From Octopus vulgaris (Eukaryota), in contig OX597827.1 in NCBI GenBank assembly GCA_951406725.2, forward strand, positions 9,672,001 through 9,736,000: a DNA stretch of 64,000 bases. Reading direction: 5' to 3'. The notes under the pieces are model-generated. The model was not told the origin of the DNA and did not search any database. It saw nothing but the letters and a program-made list of their open reading frames with translations. The position numbers were made by a program, and so were the translations under genes. The first letter of the stretch is position 1. Each line of letters opens with the position of its first letter. This document shows, piece after piece, positions 44,332 through 55,501 of this stretch.

Positions 44332-44689
44332 AATAGTTCAGGTGCATGCTATGTGTATACATTTTTGAAAGTATCCCAGTTAAAATACTGCTATTTAAAT
44401 GTAAGTTCCAGCACTGTGTTTACTGATGAGGATTAGGTTTAAGTTTAATCACTCTATTTTGGCAAGATGGATTAAAAGGACATGCACTCTTATTTCATTT
44501 CTTTCATGTGATTCTCGGTTAGTTTAGTTGATTTGCTTCCTGTTAAGTTTTACCTATTTGTGATACAGCTGTGTGGAAATATAGTTGGGTCAGTCAAAGG
44601 TTTGAATGCAGCTGAGGGACTGAAAGAAAAAATTGCAGTAAAGTAGAGTGGAACACCTGTATGTAAGCCAAAATGAAATGAAAAATCAC

Positions 44690-45720
44690 CCACGATAAAA
44701 AGTAAACATTGGTACCCCAGTATGGCCACAGCTCGTGAGCTGAAACTAGATAAAATAAAAAATAAAAAATTGCCCAAAAGTAGATGTTCCATGGTCAAGA
44801 CTATACATTGATATTGTTAGTCTTTTAAATGGTTCTTACTACTTAGTGATGGTTGATAGTTTTTCAAAATGGCCTGAAATTTGTAAGTGTAAAAAACGAA
44901 CCTCCTCGACAGTGATAAATTTTTTACATGAATTGTTTGCAAAATTTGGTATCCCAGACAAGATAGTGTCTGCCAACGGAATGCAATTTGTACCTAACGA
45001 ATTAAAAAAATTTTATGAAACGTTCATGGTAGAACATATAACTAAGGCACCGTACTATCCCAGATCTAATTGACAGGTAGAATGCTTTGTTGATACCTTC
45101 AAAAGAGCCCTTAGATTATCAAATAAGGAAGTCACAGACAAAGTTGCGCTACAACAATTTTTAAGAGTGTACTGTGTGACACCAAATCCGAATACACCGG
45201 CAGGTAGCTCACCAGCGGAGCTGATGATTGCAAGTAAAGTAAAATCAGTTTTGGTTGAATTGCTACTTGACAAGAAAAGAAAAAGTGCCAGGGAAGACAT
45301 TACAAAATTCTTTAAAGTTAGTGAAAAGATGAAAAGAATGGAAAGCAGAGTTGGGAAGATGATGTAATTACCAAATGCTTTGGTAAAATGATGTATAGGG
45401 TAAAAAGTAGAAAAGGCACACAAAAGAGACACAGGAACCAACGGAAAAAGAGATTCATGGAAAGCAAATCAAAGAAGTTGGAGGAACTGATAGAATGGTT
45501 GTACGATATGTTCCAAGTACCAATGCCACTGTAGTTGATTGAACTTAGGTGTACAAGTGAGAGGAAGAGAAAATATACAGAGTTCCTGAAAATAGATGCC
45601 AAGCACAAAAAATATTAAACTGTACGAAAAAATCAAAAAAGGGAGGTGGGGTGAAAAAAATTATTGCTAAATAACATGAAAATTCCTAAGAAAATTTTAA
45701 AAGGGGAAATGCTGTAAGGA
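44690..45720 (+). mobile_element. Degenerate Gypsy/Ty3 LTR-retrotransposon integrase remnant
   Basis: YLVMVDSFSKWPE...LFAKFGIPDKIVSANGMQF...APYYPRSN*QVECFVDTFK...TPNPNTPAGSSPAELM is an rve core with stops. Purine tract AAAAGGGGAAA followed by TG near 45700-45716 is a possible PPT/LTR start. Confidence 0.85.
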
Positions 45721-47029
45721 ATTAGTATTAATGGTTAGCCTCTCCCATGTGACGAATGGAATAACCTAGTCACTATAAGTAATAAGAAGTACATGAAGTA
45801 CCAGAGTACATAGTTGTGTCTTTACTGGTTTTACTAAGTATACAGTATACCAAAGTAAGTATGCTAAGTATACAGTATACCAAAGGCTGACTTTGTTTTT
45901 CATCCTTCCGGAGTCTATAAAAAAAAGAAGCAATTGAGACCAGTGGGGTTGATCTAATCAACTTAGTCCTGTCTCCGATATTTCTGGCCTTGTGCTGGAA
46001 TTCGAAACCAATATATTTTAGATTAATATTTATGACTTTTTCAACTAGGTCTGTTGTATTTTTCAGGAACTTGGTTAGAGATAATGCCTAAGAACTTTAC
46101 TATGGTCAGGTTTTTGCTAATAGTTATTTTAAGGTCAAAATTACTGAGGCTGTTCATACAGCCTCTTCTAAGACAATTTATTATATGTCTACTGATATGC
46201 TGGAATACAGCCAGCTATTATTATATAAACCTCTATGCAGTGTGGTGAATTTCTTTTTGAATATTTGTAGTGTATATAGACCAAAAAAATTGCATACCTC
46301 TTGTGCTGTCAAATGATCCTTAAACTAAGGTGAACAAACCCCTTATCTACAACTTGGAATTAAAGGTAATCCAACTATGACCATCTTGTCCTTTTTAAGG
46401 AACAGTGTATTTTAGATTCCATTATCTAATGAGTTCAGCTTTTAATATAGTAGGGAATGATGTGAGAGAGATTTAGTGACTATTTTTGCAGCCTCCCCAT
46501 TGGTTCAATACTTCTTAATTAAGCAAACTTGAGTAAGCTAAATTATGAGTTTGCTCTGGAGATTAATATACATAACGGATAGTGTAAGAGTTGAGCATAT
46601 GATCATAAGTTTACTAGTCTAATACATCATTCTCTTGCTCTATGTGTTTGATACAAAACAATGCAATACTAATTGCTACTAAGGCTGGTTAGTTCTGTAG
46701 ATTCTCTGCATAGCAAGCCTGGTTCTTTTCCTTCTCAAATACCTTAACCAAAGTCATCTAGCATATACCCCACCCACTTGACCTGGGTTTTGTTATCTTG
46801 CAAGCTACATAATGACCTCAGTAGTAGATACGGTGGAATGAAAAAGAAGCAACCGTTAGATGCTGTAAAGTGTTTGACATCAGGAAGAGCATTGAACCAT
46901 AGAGACCATTTTGAAACAGATAGCGAAATATGAAACAGTGCTTGGATCCATTGGTATTTCTTTATTTGGATCCATTGGATCTTGTCAAACAATACAACCC
47001 GTACCAGCATGGAACATAGGCATTATATG

Positions 47030-47032
47030 GTA

Positions 47033-47082
<50 letters not shown>

Positions 47083-47229
47083 GATGAGGAGGAGGAGGAT
47101 GAGGATAATGAGGATAAGGATGAGGATGGTGATGATGATGATGGTGGTGATGATGATGAGGATGAGGATGGTGATGACGATGATGATGATGATGATGAGG
47201 ATGAGGATGAGGATGAGGATGGTGATGAC

Positions 47230-47270
<41 letters not shown>

Positions 47271-47340
47271 GGATGAGGATGGTGATGACGATGATGATGA
47301 TGAGGATGATGATGAGGATGAGGATGAGGATGCTGGTGAC
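47030..47340. repeat. (GAT/GAG)n compound microsatellite
   Basis: Direct observation. Confidence 0.9.
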
Positions 47341-47705
47341 AATGAAAGATGTCCAAGCAACAGTCGAGAAGGTAGGCACACTAATTTGACTGAAAAGAGG
47401 TAAAGAGCAAAGCATAAGGTAACAAGGAGTTAAGGTCGGTAGCCAGTTGATATCACAAGTGAAGTCTCACAGCAGCGATGAGGTACCGGTGCACAACAAA
47501 ACCAACAAAGGAAGTCTCTAAAATGATGTAATTTTTCTTCTGATGTTTCCATAGGCTTTCTGGTGACTGGCCTGCAGAGCTTCTAACTAACAACGCTTTT
47601 GTCTGTGAGTTGTTTGAATATAGACATTGCCTTTTTTAAATCATCTTAAAACAATGTGTGTGTGTATGTTTGTATAAAGAGAGTAATTACTAAGAGTAAA
47701 AAAAT

Positions 47706-48445
47706 GGGTAAAGACCCCCTTCAGTCATGAATGAACATGGGATTGCATCTAGAAAGTTCCCCTCTGAGGCATAAGTTCAGGCAAGGTTATTTATAGAAGA
47801 CCAGCAGTCACCCATGCATACCAGTCTCTCCTCTCCATGCCACCTATGTTATCCAAGAGAAAGGCAAAGGCCGATACAGCTTGACACCAGTGATGTTGCA
47901 ACTTATTTCTACAGCTGAACGAACTGGAGCAATGTGAAAGAAAGTGTTTAGCTGAAGAACACAACACACATGGGAAGCACACCGTCGGTTACGACGATGA
48001 GGGTTCCGGTTGATCTGAATCAACGGAACAGCCTGCTCGTGAAATTAACGTGTAAATGGCTGAGCACTCCACAGACACGTGTACCCTTAACGTAGTTCTC
48101 GGGGATATTCAGCGTGACACAGAGAGTGACAAGGCCGGCCCCTTGAAATACAGGTACAACAGAAACAGGAAGAAAGAGTGAGAGAAAGTTGTGGTGAAAG
48201 AGTACAGCAGGGATCACCACCATCTCCTGCCGGAGCCTCGTGGAGCTTTAGGTGTTTTCGCTCAATAAACACTCACAATGCCCAGACTGGGAATCGAAAC
48301 CGCGATCCTATGACCGCGAGTCCGCTGCCCTAACCACTAGGCCATTGCGCCTCCACTACATAACACACAGCATGGTCAGGGAACTGAACTCACTACCTCA
48401 TGTTTGTGAACCTGACACTCTAACCACTGAGCCTTATGCTTTCAC
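47706..48445 (-). mobile_element. Older tRNA-headed SINE (host of the nested OR-type copy)
   Basis: Minus-strand head GGCTCAGTGGTTAGAGTG...GAGTTCAGTTCCC continues across the insertion into CACATTGCTCCAGTTC. A related fragment is at 59375-59480 (+) and a decayed relative at ~20760-20930 (-). Confidence 0.65.
47972..48352 (-). mobile_element. tRNA(Arg)-like OR-type SINE nested in an older SINE
   Basis: Reverse complement of the 53611 element. It interrupts the host element, with AACACACA on both sides. Confidence 0.85.
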
Positions 48446-48579
48446 TAAGAGTATCATTCTACAAATGTGGTCACCCAGAATATGACACATACTTGGCCCC
48501 GGCAGCATCAATGAGCAGGTTCTCCTTTTTGTTTTTACTCATATTGATACTTATATCTAATATCACTTTATATACTCAT

Positions 48580-48808
48580 TACTCTCTGTTTTACTCTTTT
48601 ACTTGTTTCAGTCATTTGACTGCGGCCATGCTGGAGCACTGCCTTTAGTCGAGCAACTCGACCCCGGGACTTATTCTTTGTAAGTCCAGTACTTATTCTA
48701 TCGGTCTCTTTTGCCGAACCGCTAAGTGATGGGGACGTAAACACACCAGCATCGGTTGTCAAGCAATGCTAGGGGGACAAACACAGAAACACAAACACAT
48801 ACACACTA

Positions 48809-48865
<57 letters not shown>

Positions 48866-49031
48866 TACGACAAGCTTCTTTCAGTTTCCGTCTACCAAAT
48901 CCACTCACAAGGCATTGGTCGGCCCGGGGCTATAGCAGAAGACACTTGCCCAAGATGCCACGCAGTGGGACTGAACCCGGAACCATGTGGTTGGTTAGCA
49001 AGCTACTTACCACACAGCCACTCCTGCGCCT
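48580..49031 (-). mobile_element. OK-type SINE
   Basis: Full-length young copy. Confidence 0.88.
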
Positions 49032-49301
49032 CAATTTTAGAAGTTAATTCATTCAAAACTTAATTATTTATCATTATATGTACTGAATCGAGGTGAGATG
49101 TTTTTTTTCTATGTAAGACATTACTATATATAACATATTTATATATGGTGTTTTAACTGTCTTACTATGCTAAGTAACTATAATGGGATGTTTGTAGAGT
49201 CACCAGAATGTCAGATAAAATACTTTGCATTATTTGTCCTGGTTCTCTTCATCCTCAGTTCAAATCCCATGAGGTCAGCTCCTCATGGAAGCTTAGCACC
49301 A

Positions 49302-49524
49302 TTAACCATTTAGCATTCAGATTAATTTATCAAATGTAGTGCTTATTCTTCCACATTTTTTAAAGTTAATCATAGAGTATCTTGTGGCTTCAAGATTTTG
49401 AAAAGGCGTTTATTTTAGTCATGGCATTGTATTGCAGGTGTGAGAGGTTGGATCTGGCCACTTTCAGCACAAAACAGGTAGAGTTTTGGGCCAGATACGG
49501 CCAGTTTAAATGTTAAAGGGTTAA
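49302..49524. mobile_element. TTAA MITE family 2 copy
   Basis: TTAACCATTTAGCATTCAG ... TTTAAATGTTAAAGGGTTAA. Confidence 0.7.
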
Positions 49525-49643
49525 ATAGACCAAGCGTATTGTGATGGGCTTCCAATGACAGATGGAGCCACATGTTGACTGGAGCAATACCGCACTAGTA
49601 TAGAAACACACACACACATATGTATGCATGCATGTATTCATAC

Positions 49644-49676
<33 letters not shown>

Positions 49677-49689
49677 TGTATGTATGTAT

Positions 49690-50096
49690 AGGCGCAGGAG
49701 TGGCTGTGTGGTAAGTAGCTTGTCTACCAACTGCATGGTTCCGGGTTCAGTCCCACTGCGAGGCACCTTGGGCAAGTGTCTTCTACTATAGCCTCAGGCT
49801 GACCAAAGCCTTGTGAGTGGATTTGGTAGACAGAAACTGAAAGAAGCCCATTGTATATATGTATATATATATATGCGTGTGTGTGTTTGTGTGTCTGTGT
49901 TTGTCCCCTAGCATTGCTTGACAACCGATGCTGGGGTGTTTATGTCCCCGTCACTTAGCGGTTTGGCAAAAGAGACTGATAGAATAAGTACTGGGCTTAC
50001 AAAGAATAAGTCCCAGGGTCGATTTGCTTGACTAAAGGCAGTGATCCAGCATGGCCGCAGTCAAATGACTGAAACAAGTAAAAGTGTAAAAGAGTA
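49690..50096 (+). mobile_element. OK-type SINE
   Basis: Full-length copy, inverted relative to 48580-49031. Confidence 0.88.
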
Positions 50097-50420
50097 TATA
50101 TATGTATTTATATATGTGTGTGTGTGCACATATATTTGTATATATCATCATCACAAACATCATCATCACAAACTTCCTTTTACATCTACTTCCATGTTGG
50201 CCTAAGTGGTATGGGCCATTGCTGCACTTCTAGATGGGTTGGAGGATCTCATCTCATCCATAAGTTTCCCTTTTCATGCTGTTTCTACAACCTGGTAGCT
50301 CTACTTAACACCAACCAGTTTACAGAATCCATTTGATGTATTTTATTGTGGTACTAGCACTTGAGAGGATAGGGGTGTGACAGCAGTACATGTACACACA
50401 CACACACACACACACATATG

Positions 50421-50455
<35 letters not shown>

Positions 50456-50686
50456 TTGTATGTATGTATATATATATGCATACATATGTCCCCCACCACC
50501 ACCATTGTCCTTCCAACTGTTTTGGAGTACCTGATAGATGGATCTCTCTCTGTACCATTGGATTATGTTACCTTATTCATCCAGAGTACACCATTTCTAC
50601 ATATGTATACTCACATGCACACACACAGACACACACACACACAAACACAGACACACACACAAACACACACACACACACAAACACAG

Positions 50687-50733
<47 letters not shown>

Positions 50734-50783
50734 GACACAGACATACACACACACACAAACACACACATACACACACAAACACA

Positions 50784-50825
<42 letters not shown>

Positions 50826-52002
50826 GACACACACACACACACACACAAACACAGCCACACACACAAACACATACACACACACACATGCATACACTCACAT
50901 ACATACATGTATGACACACACATAGATCCTCACTTTCACTTTCACTTTGAAATTCCCACTTTGATTCATCTTTTGCAGTCATCATCTCTTCTGCCTACTC
51001 TATTAGTGATGTTGTCCTGACCAGAGACAACATACAATGGTAAGGAGACTCTTTTGTGTAACAGAGGACAAGGCAACCTCACTAGTGCTGTTGCCACAAT
51101 AAAACACATCCAATATATACTGTAAAGTGATTGCCACTAACATAGATCTAAAAAGGCACATTGGTTTGTCATTTGAGGACATGGCAACTTCTCTAATGTT
51201 GGCAGCACAATAGAATGCTCCTAGTACACTCAATAAAATAGTCTGTGTTAGGGTATCAAGCAATTGAAATGAAGTGTAATAGTGAAGTGTGCATATTTGA
51301 TACATCTAAAAGTGCAAGAGCTGCAAATAAAACCTGAGTCAGACAGTGAAGATTTGACCAAATCAAACCAGTGTGGAAAGCAGACATAAAATGTAGGAGA
51401 CGTTAATGATGTTGGTGATGATGGTAGCAACAACAAAGATGGTGACGATGATGCTGACAATGAAGGCAATGATGACAACGATAATGACATTGCCCATGAC
51501 AATGGCAGCAACAACTATGGCAACAATGATGAAGGTGGCTACGATGGTGCAGATGCCAATGGCAGCAATGATGGGCGATGGCAAAGATGGTGAAGGCAAC
51601 ATCAGTAGTAACAATGATGATGATGATGACGATGATGATGATGATTAAAATGATAATGATAACATGTGCTTTATTGGGGTTTTTTTTTTTTTTTTTTTTT
51701 TGTAGGAGAGCTCTTCACATCAATTTCTCTCAAATTATGTTTGTTTCAATAGTAATTAGAACCTAAAATATGCTTTTCCTTTCTTCTTTCTTCTTTTCTT
51801 ACTCTTTCATACATTGTAGTCACAATATTGTTTTCCCTTTAAATTGAAATTAAAAAAAAAAAAATGTATCTATAAGAATAAATTCAAGAAAATAAGATCT
51901 AAAAATATTTCAATATAAAACAATAAAGAAGCTAAATAAATGAAATATCTAAATGAAATATATATTTATTGTTTCTTTTTCTTTTCACTTTTTATTTTTC
52001 AA

Positions 52003-52038
<36 letters not shown>

Positions 52039-53610
52039 TTATATATATATGTTTATATATTGTTTTAAACAGAAGTTATAGTGAGTGTCACAAGATAAGA
52101 ATTATTCAAGCTTTTAAAATCTTCACAATGTGGACAGGTCTGTAAAGTAAGTCCAACATTGGCAGCAAAATGGGGAAAATTCTTCCTTGAATACAGCAGA
52201 ATATTAACACACTGAATAAACGGTTTTATTTCTATAAGTAATGTTTTATGAAATAAAGATTCCTACTCCAAAATCAATATTCAATAACAAATGAGAAAAA
52301 AAAAAAAAAAAGAAACATATTCATATATATGTGGTGTATTGATTTTTAAAATTTTATTTTATTCATTTATTTATTTATTTATTTATTAATCTCACTCTGT
52401 TAATTTGTAAAATTATTCATACGTTCTCTTCTTTTATTGTTTTCAATTTTTTTTTTATAAATTAAATATGAAGATTTTTTTTGATTTTTTATTCCAATAT
52501 TTTTTATACTTTTATAAATAATATCAACTAATTAGAAAATGTGATTGTACATTAATATAATTAAACACTGAATAGATGCAGCTGAATTCTATGTAACAAA
52601 ATTCAATGAGAGAAAGAATGCAAGCTAAATATCTATCTCCATTGTACTTCTTTCAGTATTCACTTCCATAATCTTCTTATATATTCCTTTAATTGACTTT
52701 CAATGAACATTGAAAGCAGACATCTTTGGAATTTTTATAGAAGAATAATGAAATGTTAATTTTTTTTTTATAACATTATAACAATTTTTTCTATTTTTTT
52801 TTTTTTGTTTTTGTTCTTTTACTTTATGTTCCCTGAAATTTTCACAATATAATACTGTATAGAATAATTGATGCTTTTTTATGCTGATTGTGGTGTTGAA
52901 AATGATAATTTGATTCCTGATAGAAATCTTTCGGATGAATTCAATGTGTATGGCCTGAATAAATGATGTTTACTTCTCCACAGACATCTTACTCTAGTAT
53001 TAACTATGTTATTACTATCCAATTGTAAATGGCAAACCTGATTCGCTACATATAAAATAAGAATAATAAAAAGGTAAAAAAAAAATGTTAAAATTGCTGG
53101 AAAATGACCTCAAGTTTGGATAGATTTGTACATTCTCTATTATTCTTTTCCATTAGAAAAGCCAGGAGATATAAAAATATTTAGATATGATTTTAGAATT
53201 GGCAATATTGTTCTGAACAAACTTGAATTGTAAATGGAAGATAACCTTATATAGCCACTCTATTTGTACAGTTAACCACTGTAATCAGTTTTTCAGTTTT
53301 ATTGTATATAATCTTGGAAAAAAAAACAAGTCTTGATAAAATATTTGTTTACTTTATATCATCCATGGAATCAAGCTAGCCTTGAATATCTAAGACTTTT
53401 CTCTGGATATGAAAATAATGATATAGGCAAAATTCAGTTTTGGGGAAAATTTAGGTCTATGATATAGTTGTAAACATTAGCAACTCACATGAATTTTAAT
53501 ATGATCTTGGTGAATATATTTGTATTTCTTGATTACTGCTTCCATCTTACTTTCAACATTAACAACTTCTGCTTTCTTTTGTTCAGCATAGTATTCACAT
53601 TAAAGGTTTA

Positions 53611-53989
53611 GGCGCAATGGCCCAGAGGTTAGGGCAGCGGACTCGCGGTCGTAGGATCGTGGTTTCGATTCCCAGACCGGGCGTTGTGAGTGTTTATTGG
53701 GCGAAAACACCTAAAAGCTCCACGAGGCTCCAGCAGGGGATGGTGGTGATCCCTGCTGTACTCTTTCACCACAACTTTCTCTCACTCTTACTTCCTGTTT
53801 CTGTTGTACCTGTATTTCAAAGGGCCGGCCTTGTCACTCTCTGTGTCACGCTGAATATCCCCGAGAACTACGTTAAGGGTACACGTGTCTGTGGAGTACT
53901 CAGCCACTTACACGTTAATTTCATGAGCAGGCTGTTCCATTGATCGGATCAACCGGAACCCTCGTCGTCGTAACCGACGGAGTGCTTCC
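53611..53989 (+). mobile_element. tRNA(Arg)-like SINE, probably octopus OR-type, full length with 17-bp TSD
   Basis: A/B box head. Flanked by ATTCACATTAAAGGTTT at 53593-53609 and 53990-54006. Near-identical to the reverse copy at 47972-48352. Confidence 0.9.
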
Positions 53990-54220
53990 ATTCACATTAA
54001 AGGTTTGTTGTCTAGTTTTTAGGGTATCAGGATCATAAGGTCAGGGTTTCAAATTCTGGGTATGAAACATTTTGTCACAACTGTTTGGGTGTCACTTATC
54101 TGGGATCATTAACTTGACACTGACTTATTTGACAATAGATGTTTCTCTGTTTCTCTTGTTTTCTCCCTACCCTGTGATCACTTTGTCCCTTTCTGCTTCT
54201 GTCCATCTGTATTTGTGTTT

Positions 54221-54456
54221 CATCATCATCATCATCATCATCATCATTATCGTTTAACGTCCGTTTTCCGTGCTAGCATGGGTTGGACGGTTCGACCGGG
54301 GTCTGGAAAGCCAGGGGCAGCACCAGGCTCCAGTCCGATCTGGCAGTGTTTCTACGGCTGGATGCCCTTCCTAACGTCAACCACTCCGCGAGTGTAGTGG
54401 GTGCTTTTTACGTGCAACCTGCACAGGTCCCAGGGGGGGGGTCTGGCATCGGCCAA
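54221..54456 (-). mobile_element. RTE-related element, shorter copy
   Basis: Near-identical to 43977-44210. Confidence 0.7.
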
Positions 54457-54821
54457 GAGTCCTTGAAGAAATGTAATGCCTGGTCACATATTATGTTTAT
54501 GTCCATGAAAAAGAAACGTGTTTATGTCAATTGTGTTCAGTTAATAAATTGTAATGTCACCTTCTCTTCCTTTCTGTCTCTAAGTACTTCCCTCTGTATA
54601 TGTATATTTCTGCTTGTGTAATCATGTGTGTGTGTTTGCCTCTGGTACCAAAAAAGTTGTATGTCCAGTCAGCCATGCCAATTCATCTGAACCCAGACAG
54701 TTATTCCCAATCATTTTATTCTATCAAATTCCTGGACTGGGCTTTTCAAGGTATCCGAGAAAAACATTTCATTTTATGCCACTCCCTTCTACTCAGCTGA
54801 AATTGTGTACCAGCTTAATAC

Positions 54822-55040
54822 TTATTTCTTTACTGCCCACAAGGGGCTAAACACAGAGGACAGACAAAGGGATTCAGTCGATTATATCGACCCCAGTGCG
54901 TAATTGGTACTTATTTAATCGACCCTGAAAGGATGAAAGGCAAAGTTAACCTCGACGGAATTTGAACTCAGAACGTAACGGCAGACGAAATACCGCTAAG
55001 CATTTCACCCGGCGTGCTAACGTTTCTGCCAGCTCACCAT
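54822..55040 (-). mobile_element. Nin/Deu-domain SINE with TSD
   Basis: Reverse match to 43156-43383. CCAGCTTAATAC occurs at 54810-54821 and twice at 55046-55068. Confidence 0.8.
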
Positions 55041-55305
55041 CTTTTCCAGCTTAATACCAGCTTAATACTGGTGCAACAATTTCTCTCACAAACTGGTACT
55101 TCCTCACTAGGTTAAGAAGTGAGAGGGTCCAGATGATGCCTATATCTGCTAGTGATTACATAAGCATTTAAAAACAATTAACAAGACCATAGTATGTATA
55201 ACCAGATCATACTCAGTTGGAAGTGACAACTATATTTTTTTTTTTTTATCTACATTAAATGCAGGTATATTTTTTAGTGTATTTAATCTTTATAGCCATG
55301 AGTAT

Positions 55306-55501
55306 ACCGGAGTAAACACATAAATGTGAAACAAGGTGGAAAAAAGAGTACTCAAATACCAGAGGTAGAGTAATATGCTTTATTTAAGAGCAGCAGAAAT
55401 TTAACAAAAGCTGTTACTTGGAGTTTCACGTTCGTCAGACTGTTTTGTTGGAATGTGTAACTCAGAGTAACAGCTTTTGTTCAATTTCTGCTCCTTTTAA
55501 A
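55306..55501 (-). mobile_element. Penelope-like insertion with hammerhead motif, inverted 5' segment and 16-bp TSD
   Basis: Minus strand CTGACGA-ACGT-GAAAC-TCCAA-GTA-ACAG at ~55438-55411. An inverted partial copy occupies ~55450-55500. TTATAGCCATGAGTAT at 55290-55305 and 55502-55517. Confidence 0.7.

Noticed and set aside
51395-51650. Met/Asp-rich ORFs
   Set aside because: Decayed (GAT)n low-complexity tract without splice or domain support.
53611-53685. tRNA-like sequence (also at 2915, 48280-48352 and the OK heads)
   Set aside because: SINE heads with A/B boxes but no proper acceptor stem, continuing into SINE bodies with TSDs; not tRNA genes.
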